Part shown: in pieces, positions 1 to 9,450 of the stretch
Numbering within the stretch: the first letter of the stretch is position 1
Layout: every line of letters begins with the position of its first letter
Assembly (NCBI GenBank): GCA_016210325.1
Contig: JACQUK010000151.1
Coordinates: 1-51,281 of the forward strand
Direction of reading: 5' to 3'
From: Chloroflexota bacterium
Lineage (GTDB): Bacteria > Chloroflexota > Dehalococcoidia > Lucifugimonadales > HRBIN23
Length of the DNA: 51,281 bases
Notes under the pieces: model-generated
Database searches by the model: none
What the model was told of the DNA's origin: nothing
Seen by the model: the letters and a program-made list of their open reading frames with translations, nothing else
Made by a program: the position numbers and the translations under genes

Positions 1-273
1 GCCCTGCACCCGCAATCCGCCACAGCGGGGTCGAACTCCCCCTCGAGGCCCGGTGCTTCAGCCTCTGCCCGATGATGGCGGTGATGAAGGCTGGGTCCTA
101 TGCGACGGGGCCCTGTGAACCCCGCCAGGCCCGGAAGGGAGCAACGGTTAGCAGTCTGCCTCGAGCGCCGTAGGGTTTCCTGGCCGGAGCCGCCACGTTG
201 TCGCACGCTGAGGGATCGCGGTCGACAGGGGGTGCACGGCCTCTCCTTTCTTATCTTCCAGGAAGGAGTACCT

Positions 274-1119
274 ATGCGAGCCATTGATGTCCACGTCCAT
301 GTGCCGCGGCAGCCGGGACTCCCACCCCGCTGGAACACCGAACAGATGCAGCGCTACTTCCGTGCTGCTCCTCGCCCCAAGGACGCTACCGAGATGGCCG
401 CCAGGTTCAAGGAGCTAGACATCTTCGGCGTGCTCTTCTCGGTGGATGCTGAGACGGTCACTGGCGAGCCCCCGGACAGCAATGACTACGTAGCTAGCAT
501 AGTCCGCCAGTACCCCCACCAGTTCATTGGCTTCGCCTCGGTGGACCCCTGGAAGGGGAAACAGGCGGTCCAGGAGGTCGAGCGCTCCGTGAAGGAGCTG
601 GGGCTACGGGGTCTCAAGCTCCATCCCCCGCTCCAGGCCTTCTTTCCCAATGACCAGCGGTTTTATCCCCTCTACGCCAAGTGTTCGGAGCTGCGGATAC
701 CGGTCCTGTTCCACTCCGGACATTCGGCAGCAGGCTCCACCTTGCCGGGGGGCGGCGGCATCAAGCTGAAGTACGCGGCGCCTATCCCCTACATTGATGA
801 CGTGGCAGCCGACTTCCCTGAGCTTACCATCATCATGGCCCACCCTGGCTGGCCCTGGACCCAGGAGCAGATCTCGGTGGCCGTGCACAAAGCTAATGTC
901 TACATTGACCTATCGGGGTGGGCACCCCAGTACTTCCCGGAAGAGCTGGTGCACAACGTGAACACCCGGATTCAAGACAAAGTCCTGTATGGCTCCGACT
1001 ACCCTTCGCTCCAGCCCGACCGCTGGCTCCGGGAGTTTGACGCCATGCCTATTCGGGACGAAGTACGGCCAAAAATCCTCTTAGAAAACGCCAAGAAAGT
1101 GCTCAAACTGGACCTGTGA
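274..1119 (+). CDS. Amidohydrolase-2 family metal-dependent hydrolase (TIM-barrel)
   Basis: ORF 100..1119. MRAIDVHVHVP (HxH metal motif) starts at ATG 274, preceded by GGAAGGAG at 261-268. HSGH and GSDYP motifs occur later. The upstream 100-273 part is Arg/Pro-rich and judged non-coding. Confidence 0.75.
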   Translation: MRAIDVHVHVPRQPGLPPRWNTEQMQRYFRAAPRPKDATEMAARFKELDIFGVLFSVDAETVTGEPPDSNDYVASIVRQYPHQFIGFASVDPWKGKQAVQEVERSVKELGLRGLKLHPPLQAFFPNDQRFYPLYAKCSELRIPVLFHSGHSAAGSTLPGGGGIKLKYAAPIPYIDDVAADFPELTIIMAHPGWPWTQEQISVAVHKANVYIDLSGWAPQYFPEELVHNVNTRIQDKVLYGSDYPSLQPDRWLREFDAMPIRDEVRPKILLENAKKVLKLDL

Positions 1120-2000
1120 CCGGGCAATCACCGCTTCTACCGCCAAAGGCGCTCTTGCGGCGCCTGGGCCTGAGCCCCCGCAAGGCCCTGGGCCAGCACT
1201 TCCTGGTGGACCGTGATGCGCTGGCAAAGGTCCTGGAGGCTGCTGAGGTGGCCCCGGGAGACACCGTTGTGGAGGTGGGGCCGGGCCTGGGGGTGTTGAC
1301 CCAGCGGCTGGTGGCCCTGGCGGGCCGGGTCGTTGCGGTGGAGTTAGATGCCGAGTTGGTGACTGCCTTATCGCGGCTCTTCGCTTCGCAGAAGCACCTC
1401 CAGATCGTCCACGGCGACGCCAGGACGGTTGACCTGTCACCCTATCTGCCCGGCGACCGAGCGTACAAGGTTGTCGGCAACCTGCCTTACTATGTGGGTA
1501 CTTACATCGTCCGGCGCTTCCTGGAGGGGACGCCCAAGCCCTCCCGCATCGTGGCCATGCTTCAGAAAGAAGTTGCTGAGAGCATGGCGGCGCGGCCGGG
1601 CCGCATGTCCCTGCTGAGTGTGGCGGTCCAGTTCTATGCCGAGCCGGCCGTTGTAGGGTACGTGCCACCGCTGGCCTTCTACCCACCCCCCAAAGTGACC
1701 TCGGCCATCGTGCGCCTGGATGTCCGTGCCCGTCCGGCGGTGGACGTGGATGATGTGGAGAGGTTCTTCGCCCTGGTGCGGGCTGGCTTCAGCGCCCCGC
1801 GCAAGCAACTGGGCGGCGTGCTGCGCCATGCCCTGGCGCTGCCCGCATCGGACGTCGGAGGCCTACTGGCTGCTGCTGGAGTGGACCCGCGTCGGCGCGC
1901 TGAGACCCTGAGCTTGGAGGAATGGGGTGCCCTGTTTCGCGCCTGCCGGCAAGCCGATTCCGCAACCTTTCCCAACAACCCTTCGGACACCGCACCCTGA
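1116..2000 (+). CDS. rsmA: 16S rRNA (adenine1518/1519-N6)-dimethyltransferase RsmA/KsgA
   Basis: ALGQHFLVD and SAM-binding VVEVGPGLGVLT motifs, plus NLPYY. The GTG start overlaps the upstream stop (GTGA). Confidence 0.9.
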   Translation: MTGQSPLLPPKALLRRLGLSPRKALGQHFLVDRDALAKVLEAAEVAPGDTVVEVGPGLGVLTQRLVALAGRVVAVELDAELVTALSRLFASQKHLQIVHGDARTVDLSPYLPGDRAYKVVGNLPYYVGTYIVRRFLEGTPKPSRIVAMLQKEVAESMAARPGRMSLLSVAVQFYAEPAVVGYVPPLAFYPPPKVTSAIVRLDVRARPAVDVDDVERFFALVRAGFSAPRKQLGGVLRHALALPASDVGGLLAAAGVDPRRRAETLSLEEWGALFRACRQADSATFPNNPSDTAP

Positions 2001-2077
2001 AGAGCGCGCGGCATGACACCCCCTGCCTCATGGTGGTTGACAAAACACCGCGCGACATACCCCCAGATACTATTCTC

Positions 2078-2103
2078 CCCCCTTCTCCTGCAGGAGAAGG
2101 GGG
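2078..2103. repeat. Perfect 11-bp GC-rich hairpin (CCCCCTTCTCC-TGCA-GGAGAAGGGGG) between rsmA and ispE
   Basis: Read directly from the sequence. No T-tract follows it, so it is not a canonical intrinsic terminator. Confidence 0.6.
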
Positions 2104-2192
2104 CAAAGGGGATGAGGTATCAGCAGAGGCAGCAACACCAATATCGTTGCAAATTGGTCAATGACCATCAGGCGCGGGTGAAAAGCGAATTC

Positions 2193-3086
2193 ATGGATGA
2201 CCTTTGGAGAAGCAGCGCCGTGCAAGCCCCTATCATGCTGAAGGCCTACGCCAAAGTCAACCTGACCCTGGAGGTGCTGGGCCGCCGGGAGGACGGCTAC
2301 CACGAAGTGGTCACGCTGCTCCAGACGGTCAGTCTCCACGACCAGCTTTCGGTCCGGCCCGCGCCGGGGCTTGGCATTCAGTGCGACGATCCAACGCTGG
2401 AGGGCCCGGACAATCTGGCCTTCCGGGCCGCCCTCTTGCTTCAGGGGAAGTACGCTCCAGGCCGGGGGGTGGCTATCGGCATCAAGAAGGGTATCCCGGT
2501 GGCGGGCGGGCTGGGTGGCGGCAGCACCGACGCCGCGGCCACGCTGGTGGCCCTGGACCGCCTGTGGGGACTGGACCTCGGTATGGCCCGGCTGCTGGAT
2601 GCAGCGGCGGCGCTGGGCTCCGACGTGCCCTTCTTCATCCGTGGGGGGACAGCCGTAGCCCGCGGCCGCGGCGAGGTGGTCGAGACTCTGCGGCCTGCAC
2701 CTCCTTTCTGGATGGTGCTGGTCTGTCCCCCTGTTCGGCCGGCCAATAAGACGGCCTCCCTGTACCGCCTCCTGGGCCCGGGCCACTACACGCGGGGCGA
2801 AGCGACAGAGACCGTCCTTGAACGGCTGAAGGCGGGGCGGCCCTTCGAGCCGGACCAGTTCTGCAACGTGTTCGAGGCTGTGGCAGATGGGGTGTTCCCG
2901 GAGCTGGCGGGCTACCGCCGGGCCCTGGAGGAGGTAAGCGGCCATCGTGCCCACCTCTCAGGGACCGGCCCCTCGCTCTTCGCCCTCGTCCCTGACCGGG
3001 CTGCCGCAGAGCGGGCCGCCGGCGCCCTCTGGGCCAGGGGGCTGGCCGCATGGGCCGTATCTTCGGTGAACGGCGGGCCTGCATGA
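2193..3086 (+). CDS. ispE: 4-diphosphocytidyl-2-C-methyl-D-erythritol kinase IspE
   Basis: KVNLTLEVLGRREDGYHEV and the GHMP kinase motif GIPVAGGLGGGSTDAAATL. The start is uncertain: ATG 2193, GTG 2220 (GGAG at 2206) or ATG 2235. The ORF-track start 2013 runs through a repeat hairpin and is unlikely. Confidence 0.85.
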   Translation: MDDLWRSSAVQAPIMLKAYAKVNLTLEVLGRREDGYHEVVTLLQTVSLHDQLSVRPAPGLGIQCDDPTLEGPDNLAFRAALLLQGKYAPGRGVAIGIKKGIPVAGGLGGGSTDAAATLVALDRLWGLDLGMARLLDAAAALGSDVPFFIRGGTAVARGRGEVVETLRPAPPFWMVLVCPPVRPANKTASLYRLLGPGHYTRGEATETVLERLKAGRPFEPDQFCNVFEAVADGVFPELAGYRRALEEVSGHRAHLSGTGPSLFALVPDRAAAERAAGALWARGLAAWAVSSVNGGPA

Positions 3087-3105
3087 CCGATGGCTCCTGC
3101 CTTTG

Positions 3106-3134
3106 TTGACGCTAGCAGACACGGCCAGTAGAAT
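3106..3134 (+). promoter_or_regulatory. Sigma-70-like promoter TTGACG-17-TAGAAT upstream of the PHP gene
   Basis: -35 at 3106-3111 and -10 at 3129-3134 with a 17-nt spacer, 50 nt before the start codon. Confidence 0.45.
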
Positions 3135-3183
3135 AGCTCCGAAACCCGTAAGGGTGCTTGCTCAGTAAGGATTCACCAGGTAG

Positions 3184-3996
3184 ATGGGCGCCCTTTTCGA
3201 CCTCCATGTGCACACGGTCAAAGGCAGTGGCGACAGCAGCCTCTTGCCCGCGGAGCTCCTCGTCGAGGCGAAGCGCCGGGGTCTTCGGGGCGTCTGCCTC
3301 ACCGAGCACAGCGGGTGGCGCGACGCCGAGGGGTTGAGGCGGTTCGCCGCCCAGGCTGATCTCATCGTGGTCCCTGCCCTGGAGATCGAGACTGCTATGG
3401 GGCACATCCTGGTATTTGGCATTAAGGGCTACCCCGAGGGGGCAGCGGACGTCCGGCGGCTGCGCAAAGTCGTCTCCAAGGCTGGGGGCTACATGGTCGC
3501 CGCCCACCCGTTTCGCAATCTGTTCAATCCTCCTCCGTACAACCGGAGCCTCCTTTACCCCAGTCCGGATGGGTATCCTGCCACCCCTCAGGAGGCGGCG
3601 ACGCACCCCCTCTTTGAGCTGGTGGACGCCCTTGAGGTGGTCAACGGCGCCAACACGGGACAGGAGAACCTCTTCGCTCTGGAGGTCGCCGGCCTGCTGG
3701 ACAAGGGTGCGGTGGGTGGCAGTGACGCCCACTCGCGGAGCGGAGTCGGTGCAGGGCATACGCTCTTCGACGGCGACGTCCGCAACGTGCAGGACTTCCT
3801 GGAGGCGCTTCACGCTGGCGCCTTCCGTCCAAGGGTGGGCACGGGCCTGCCCCTTTTGGCCGACCTCGGCGCGGTAGCGGCCGCCATCGAGGGTAAGAAC
3901 GGTGTCAGCCGCCAGGCATACGACCACTCTGGTGCTATGCCAGCGCCCTCGACGTTGAAAGGCCGGGCCCCGGACCACCTTCCCCCCTGGCGATGA
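3184..3996 (+). CDS. PHP-domain metal-dependent phosphoesterase
   Basis: N-terminal FDLHVHTVKGSGDS (PHP HxH motif), then LTEHS and GGSDAHS motifs. Confidence 0.7.
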   Translation: MGALFDLHVHTVKGSGDSSLLPAELLVEAKRRGLRGVCLTEHSGWRDAEGLRRFAAQADLIVVPALEIETAMGHILVFGIKGYPEGAADVRRLRKVVSKAGGYMVAAHPFRNLFNPPPYNRSLLYPSPDGYPATPQEAATHPLFELVDALEVVNGANTGQENLFALEVAGLLDKGAVGGSDAHSRSGVGAGHTLFDGDVRNVQDFLEALHAGAFRPRVGTGLPLLADLGAVAAAIEGKNGVSRQAYDHSGAMPAPSTLKGRAPDHLPPWR

Positions 3997-4031
3997 GCGT
4001 TGATACTCGGCGGTAGTTGCCCTAGAAGCAG

Positions 4032-6860
4032 GTGTCTTTCGTGAGGGCCCCTTCCCATACGACCCTGGACAGCATCCCCCTATGTGTTGCCCTAGACCTG
4101 GAGACCACCGGGACCTCCCCGGAGCAGGACGAGATCATCGAGGTTGGCGCCGTCAAGTTCCGAGGTGAACAGGTCCTGGAGAGCTTCACTACCCTGGTGG
4201 ACCCGTACTGTCCCCTGCCCCCTTTCGTGCAACGCCTCACCGGCATCACCCAGGCAGAGTTGGAAAAGGCCCCTCCCTTCGCCGTGGTGGCCGGCGACCT
4301 GCTGGCCTTCCTGGGGGATGCGCCCGTGGTGGGCCACAACGTCAGCTTTGACCTAGCCTTCCTCAGCCGGCGGGGCGTGCGGCTTGCCGCGCCCAGCTAC
4401 GACACATACGAGTTGGCCTCGGTGCTTCTGCCCCGTGGCGAGTATTCCCTGGGCGCCCTGGCCAGGTCCCTGGGTATTGCCCATCCCAGAGCGCACCGCG
4501 CCCTGGCTGATGCCCAGGTCACTCAACAGGTCTTCGTGGCCCTGGTGCAGCGGGCCGCCGGGCTGGACCCCGCCTTGCTGGAGGAGTGGCGGCGGCTGGC
4601 TACCCTGGCTGGAAATCCGTTGCGGTACCTGCTGGGCGTCCTTCTTGCGGGAAAGGAAGGCCGTGCTGGCGGCCCTTCTCGCCTGGGCCTCGGCGGCCTT
4701 GACCTGGCGGCCCTGGCGGGACGGTTGGCATCCTCTGGAGAGGCGGCAAGGGCCAGCAGTGGGCCTCTGCCAAAGCCGGACGACGTGGTTGCACTGCTCA
4801 AGCCGGGTGGAGCGCTGGCCCAAACGCTCCCTGGCTACGAGTTCCGCCCCCAGCAAGAGGAGATGCTGCGCGCAGTGTACCGTGCCTTTAGCGATGGCGG
4901 CAGCCTGGTAGTAGAAGCAGGCACCGGCGTGGGCAAGAGCCTGGCCTACCTGGCTCCCGCTGCCCTGTTTGCCCTGAAGAAAGGAGTCCGGGTGGTGGTC
5001 TCCACCAATACCATCGGTCTCCAGGAGCAGATTGTACGGAAAGACCTCCCCACGGTGACTCAGGCGCTGGAGCGCCACCTGGGCGCCGGTGCCAGGACGC
5101 TCCGGTGGGCCACCCTGAAGGGGCGTGGCAACTACCTGTGCCTCCAGCGGTTTGCCCACCTGCGCTCTGACAGCGGCCTGACGCTGGATGAAAGCAGGGT
5201 GCTGGCCAAACTGCTGGTCTGGCTCCAGGAGACGGCGGCTGGCGACCGCAGCGAGCTTACGTTGCCCCCCAGGGACACCCCGGTCTGGGACCGGCTGTCC
5301 GCGGAGGGGGCTGCCGAGTGCCCCCGGTCCCGTGGCCCCTGCTTCCTGGCATCAGCCCGGTCCCAAGCCGAATCGGCCCATATCCTGGTGGTGAACCACG
5401 CCTTGTTGCTCAGCGACCTGGCGGTTGGCGGCTCCCTCCTTCCTAGCTACGACTACCTGATTGTGGACGAGGCCCACCACTTGGAGGACGAAGCTACGAG
5501 GCAGTTTGGCTTCCAGGTCCGGCAGTACGCAGTCGCAGACCATCTGGAGGCGTTGGCTGGCCCCCGCGGACTGGCGGGCCAGGCAGTGGCGGCCTATGCC
5601 GCGGCAGCGGTAGCCCTTTCGCGACGGCAGGTTACAGAAGGGGCCGCTGCCCAGGCGCGAGAGCGGGTCGCCAGGGCCCGCCAACGCTTCGACGAGATGG
5701 TGGGGCACATCGGAGTGTTCCTGCGCCAGCACGCCAGCGGTGCCGACGAGCGAGGTGCCCAGCTTTGGGTGACGGAGTCGGTGCGTGCGCAGCCGGGGTG
5801 GTCGCGCCTGGAGGTGTTGTGGGAGAACGTTGACCTGGCGCTAGCTGAGGTGCTGCGTGCTACCGACGACCTACAGACGTCGCTAGAGGGCCTGGAACAG
5901 GCCCGCCTGCCCGACTACGAGGCGCTCCGGGCAGAGCTTTCAGCCCACAGCAAGGCCAGCGGAGAGCTGCGACGGCAGCTTCGGGAGTTCCTGGTGTCTC
6001 CGGAGCGGAGTGGGGTCTACTGGGTGGTGCAGGATGCCCACGATGCCCTGTCCCTGTGCGCTGCGCCCCTTGAGGTGGGGGGAAAGCTCAAAAAGCTGTT
6101 GTTTGACCAGAAGAAGACCGTGGTGCTCACCAGCGCGACCTTGAGCACCGAGGGAAGCTGCCAGCCTCTGGCACGGAGACTGGGCCTGGAGGAGTCCGAG
6201 GAGTTGGTCTTGGGGTCTCCCTTCGATTACCGGCGCGCGGCCCTGGTGTGCCTGCCCAGGGACATGCCGGAGCCCGACCGTCCCACATACCACGAGGCCC
6301 TGGCGGTGGCCATCAGCACCGTAGCGGAGGCGGCAAAGGGACGCACCCTGGCACTGTTCACCTCCCACAGTGCGCTAAGGGCGGCTGCCAGTGCCCTGCG
6401 CGGTCCGCTGGAGTCCAGGGGGCTCCGTCTGCTGGCCCAAGGGGTGGAAGGCTCGCCCCGAGGGTTGCTGGAGGAGTTCCAGCGCAACTCCGCCGGGGTG
6501 TTGCTGGGGACCGCCAGCTTCTGGGAGGGTGTGGACCTGCCCAGCGATGCCCTAAGGGTCCTGCTGATAGCCCGACTCCCCTTCAATGTCCCCACTGAGC
6601 CCGTCTTCGCGGCGCGGGGCCAGCTCTATGAGGACCCCTTCAACCAGTACGCGGTGCCTCTGGCGGTCCTGCGGCTACGCCAGGGGTTTGGACGCCTGGT
6701 GCGTCATAGCGAGAGCCGTGGGGTGGTGGTGCTCCTGGACCGCCGCCTGCTGACACGCCCCTATGGCAAAGTCTTCCTCAATTCACTGCCTCCCTGCACC
6801 GTGGCCCAGCCGACCTTGCGCGAAATAGGCCAGGCTATCAAGACCTGGCTCTCAGGATGA
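4032..6860 (+). CDS. dinG: Bifunctional 3'-5' exonuclease / DinG-family ATP-dependent DNA helicase
   Basis: N-terminal DnaQ-like exonuclease motifs (ALDLETTG, HNVSFD, HRALADA). Helicase Walker A is AGTGVGKS and the DEAH box is IVDEAHHLED. Cys residues sit in the Fe-S region and the C-terminal helicase motif is SFWEGVD. Confidence 0.85.
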   Translation: MSFVRAPSHTTLDSIPLCVALDLETTGTSPEQDEIIEVGAVKFRGEQVLESFTTLVDPYCPLPPFVQRLTGITQAELEKAPPFAVVAGDLLAFLGDAPVVGHNVSFDLAFLSRRGVRLAAPSYDTYELASVLLPRGEYSLGALARSLGIAHPRAHRALADAQVTQQVFVALVQRAAGLDPALLEEWRRLATLAGNPLRYLLGVLLAGKEGRAGGPSRLGLGGLDLAALAGRLASSGEAARASSGPLPKPDDVVALLKPGGALAQTLPGYEFRPQQEEMLRAVYRAFSDGGSLVVEAGTGVGKSLAYLAPAALFALKKGVRVVVSTNTIGLQEQIVRKDLPTVTQALERHLGAGARTLRWATLKGRGNYLCLQRFAHLRSDSGLTLDESRVLAKLLVWLQETAAGDRSELTLPPRDTPVWDRLSAEGAAECPRSRGPCFLASARSQAESAHILVVNHALLLSDLAVGGSLLPSYDYLIVDEAHHLEDEATRQFGFQVRQYAVADHLEALAGPRGLAGQAVAAYAAAAVALSRRQVTEGAAAQARERVARARQRFDEMVGHIGVFLRQHASGADERGAQLWVTESVRAQPGWSRLEVLWENVDLALAEVLRATDDLQTSLEGLEQARLPDYEALRAELSAHSKASGELRRQLREFLVSPERSGVYWVVQDAHDALSLCAAPLEVGGKLKKLLFDQKKTVVLTSATLSTEGSCQPLARRLGLEESEELVLGSPFDYRRAALVCLPRDMPEPDRPTYHEALAVAISTVAEAAKGRTLALFTSHSALRAAASALRGPLESRGLRLLAQGVEGSPRGLLEEFQRNSAGVLLGTASFWEGVDLPSDALRVLLIARLPFNVPTEPVFAARGQLYEDPFNQYAVPLAVLRLRQGFGRLVRHSESRGVVVLLDRRLLTRPYGKVFLNSLPPCTVAQPTLREIGQAIKTWLSG

Positions 6861-6863
6861 CCC

Positions 6864-7742
6864 ATGTTCTTGTCTGTCACGCAACCTCTGGACCTGGCGG
6901 CGACACTCTTCAGTGGCCAGGACTTCCGCTGGCGGCATGACGACGCCTTGGGGTCCCACGGGGTGGTGAAGGACCACCTAGTGGCCTTGCGGCAAGTGCC
7001 CGGTGGACTCGAGGCGTGGTCCCCCGGTCTGGGGGAGAAGGCGCTGACAAGCCTGTTGCGGTGGCATTTCCGGCTGGATGACGACCTGGAGCGCATCCAC
7101 GCTGGCCTGTCCACCGACCCGGTGCTGGCACGAGCAGTGCAGCGGCATCGGGGTCTGCGGCTCCTTCGCCTGGAGCCCTGGCCGGCCCTGGCCAGCTTCA
7201 TTTGCTCCAGCCACGCCAATATCTCGCGGATTGCGCAGATGGTGGAGGCGCTGGCCACGGCCCTGGGCCGCCCGCTTCAGTCCAACGCGTTGGTGCGCCA
7301 CACGTTTCCGCCTCCCGCCCTGGTGGCCGAGGCTGGCGAGGCGCGGCTCCGCGAGCTGGGGCTCGGCTTCCGGGCCCGCTCGCTGGCCGCGGCGGCCGCG
7401 GTGGTGGCCGGCGGCCAACTCTCGCTGGAGGCTCTGGCAGGGGTGCCCCTGGACGAGGCCCGCCGGCGCCTCATCACGCTGCCCGGCGTGGGCGAAAAAG
7501 TAGCCGACTGCGTGTTGCTGCTGGCGTATGAGCACTTGGACGCCTTTCCTATTGACCGATGGGTGCGCCGTGCAGTGGAGCAATGGTACCGGGTGCCGCG
7601 TGGCTGGCGGTACGAGGCGGTGGCGGCGTGGGCGCGGGAGCACTTTGGTCCCTACTGTGGCTATGCGCAGCTCTATATTTTCCAGGCCGCCCGTTTGGGT
7701 CCTGGGAGCTTCGCAAAGGGAGCCGGAGATGCCACGGTCTGA
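6864..7742 (+). CDS. HhH-GPD DNA glycosylase (8-oxoguanine glycosylase / AlkA-like)
   Basis: Helix-hairpin-helix LPGVGEKVADCVLL followed by AFPIDRWV (catalytic Asp region). The N-terminal LFSGQDFRW is Ogg-like. Confidence 0.7.
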   Translation: MFLSVTQPLDLAATLFSGQDFRWRHDDALGSHGVVKDHLVALRQVPGGLEAWSPGLGEKALTSLLRWHFRLDDDLERIHAGLSTDPVLARAVQRHRGLRLLRLEPWPALASFICSSHANISRIAQMVEALATALGRPLQSNALVRHTFPPPALVAEAGEARLRELGLGFRARSLAAAAAVVAGGQLSLEALAGVPLDEARRRLITLPGVGEKVADCVLLLAYEHLDAFPIDRWVRRAVEQWYRVPRGWRYEAVAAWAREHFGPYCGYAQLYIFQAARLGPGSFAKGAGDATV

Positions 7743-7815
7743 TGAGACTCGGTCGTACCTGTGAATGCAGTACAATAGGGTATCCACCATTTCCGATGGC
7801 CGGTTGGAGACTTGA

Positions 7816-7920
7816 AGCTATCCCGAAATCATCCGAGACACCGCCCCCTCGAGGGGGCATCATAATGCTCCCGCCTCGACACGTCGGGGCGGGGGTGGAA
7901 GCAGCATTTCATGATGAGTT
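7816..7920 (+). repeat. Inverted-repeat element copy A (MITE-like / structured leader)
   Basis: Termini are ATCCCGAAAT (7820-7829) and ATTTCATGAT (7906-7915). Internal hairpins are GCCCCCTCGAGGGGGC (7843-7858) and CCCGCCTCGACACGTCGGGGCGGG (7870-7893). It is about 85% identical by eye to the reverse complement of 13260-13355. Confidence 0.75.
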
Positions 7921-7977
7921 GGTGTGACACATAGTAGGCATAGGGACACCGCGGTCGAGGTTCGGGGGTCGGCTAAC

Positions 7978-9441
7978 ATGGGCCAGGGACCAAGTTCAGT
8001 GGAGCACCGGCTGCGACAGGACACCCTTGGCCAACAAGAGTCCTGGCCAAGGAACCTCAAGCAGCTCCGCTGGCTGGCGTTCTTGTTGCCTGCGGCCGCC
8101 TTGCTGTTGCTGGAGGTGATCCGCTACCAGGTGTTTGTCCGTTTCCTGCCGCGGCCTGTGCACTTCGTGGTGGCGCTGGCGGTAATGCTGGCGGGAGCGT
8201 TTATCTTCTCCCGGATGTTGTTCCGCATCGCGGAGCGCATGGAGCGGCGCATCCTCCAGCAGAACCGGGAGTTGGTAGCCCTGCACACCAACGCCCAGCA
8301 CCGCAACGAGCAAATGGAGGCCCTCACCGATGCCGCCCTGGCGATGACCTCGGAGCTGTCGTTGCAGGCGGTCCTCCAGAAGGTGGTGGACCTGGCCCGC
8401 CGGGTGGCCCAGGCCAGCTACGGCGCCCTGGCGGTCCGTGATGAGGAGGGCCTGATCAAGCAGTTTGTGGTCTCCGGCCTCACGCCTGAGGAGGCCGCGC
8501 GGATTGGTAGCCCACCCACGGGCAAGGGGGTCCTGGGCATCCCTCTGGAGTCCGGCCGCCCCCTGCGCCTGGCTGATCTGACAAAGCACCCGCATTCCCT
8601 GGGCTTTCCGCCATATCACCCGCCCATGAGGAGCTTCCTGGGCGTGCCCATCCAGTACAAGAGCCGCACTTTTGGCCAGCTTTACCTGACGGAGAAGCAG
8701 GGGGCCTCTGGGTTTACGGCGGAGGATGAGCGGGTCATGGTGCTGTTTGCCAACCAGGCAGCGGTGGCCATCGAGAACGCTCGTCTTTATGAGCGGGTCC
8801 AGACGCTGGCTGTGCTGGAGGACCGGGAGCGGATTGCCCGCGACCTGCATGACAGCATCATTCAGTCCATCTACGCGGTGGGGCTGAGCCTGGAGAACCT
8901 GCTGGACTCAGTGCCTGCGGCCTCTCCGGAGGCCCGTGAGCGCCTGAGCTATGCCATTGACCATCTCAACGACATCATTCGGGACATCCGGAACTACATC
9001 TTCAACCTGCGCCCCCACGTGGTCCACGGCAAGAAGCTGGTGGGGGGACTAGACGAGCTGGTGGCTGAGCTTCAGCTCAACACCCTGCTGGACGTAGAGC
9101 TGCGGGTGCAGGAAGGGATGGACCAGGTCCTCTCCACTCAGCAGACCAGCACCCTGTTGCAGATTGCGCGTGAGGGCCTGACCAATATCATCAAACATGC
9201 GCGCGCCCGCACGGTGTGGGTGTCAGCTACATTCAGTGGCAGTGACCTGGAGCTCCGTATCCAGGACGACGGGGTTGGGTTTGACCCGCAGCAGGCCCGA
9301 AGTGCAGAGCGGCAGGGCCTCAGCAACATGCAGGGCAGGGCCTACGACTTGGGTGGCAAAATGTCGCTGGAGAGCGGGCATGGCAAGGGCACCACTTTGA
9401 CCTTCACTATTCCTCTTTCGGGGGTCGGGATTGCTACCTAG
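7978..9441 (+). CDS. GAF-domain sensor histidine kinase (HisKA_3 / NarX-DevS type)
   Basis: Two N-terminal TM segments and a GAF-like region. The HisKA_3 H-box is RERIARDLHDSIIQ and the ATPase N/G boxes are REGLTNIIKHA and DDGVGF. ATG 7978 is preferred. GTG 7924 is possible but lies inside repeat element A. Confidence 0.8.
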   Translation: MGQGPSSVEHRLRQDTLGQQESWPRNLKQLRWLAFLLPAAALLLLEVIRYQVFVRFLPRPVHFVVALAVMLAGAFIFSRMLFRIAERMERRILQQNRELVALHTNAQHRNEQMEALTDAALAMTSELSLQAVLQKVVDLARRVAQASYGALAVRDEEGLIKQFVVSGLTPEEAARIGSPPTGKGVLGIPLESGRPLRLADLTKHPHSLGFPPYHPPMRSFLGVPIQYKSRTFGQLYLTEKQGASGFTAEDERVMVLFANQAAVAIENARLYERVQTLAVLEDRERIARDLHDSIIQSIYAVGLSLENLLDSVPAASPEARERLSYAIDHLNDIIRDIRNYIFNLRPHVVHGKKLVGGLDELVAELQLNTLLDVELRVQEGMDQVLSTQQTSTLLQIAREGLTNIIKHARARTVWVSATFSGSDLELRIQDDGVGFDPQQARSAERQGLSNMQGRAYDLGGKMSLESGHGKGTTLTFTIPLSGVGIAT

Positions 9442-9450
9442 GAGGAGAGT

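Noticed and set aside
20-60. tRNA-like T-arm (GGGGTCGAACTCCCC) at the window start
   Set aside because: The loop does not fit the TTCRANN consensus on either strand. No acceptor or anticodon arms can be built, and there is too little sequence at the window edge.
100-273. N-terminal extension of the amidohydrolase ORF. Similar extensions occur at 2013-2192 (ispE), 22934-23116 (nuoE-like), 43273-43326, 35289-35351, 41912-42013, 47554-47811, 49164-49295 and 50371-50538.
   Set aside because: The extensions are Arg/Pro-rich, overlap neighbouring genes or repeats, and are followed by an internal ATG/GTG with a good Shine-Dalgarno sequence at the point where family homology begins.
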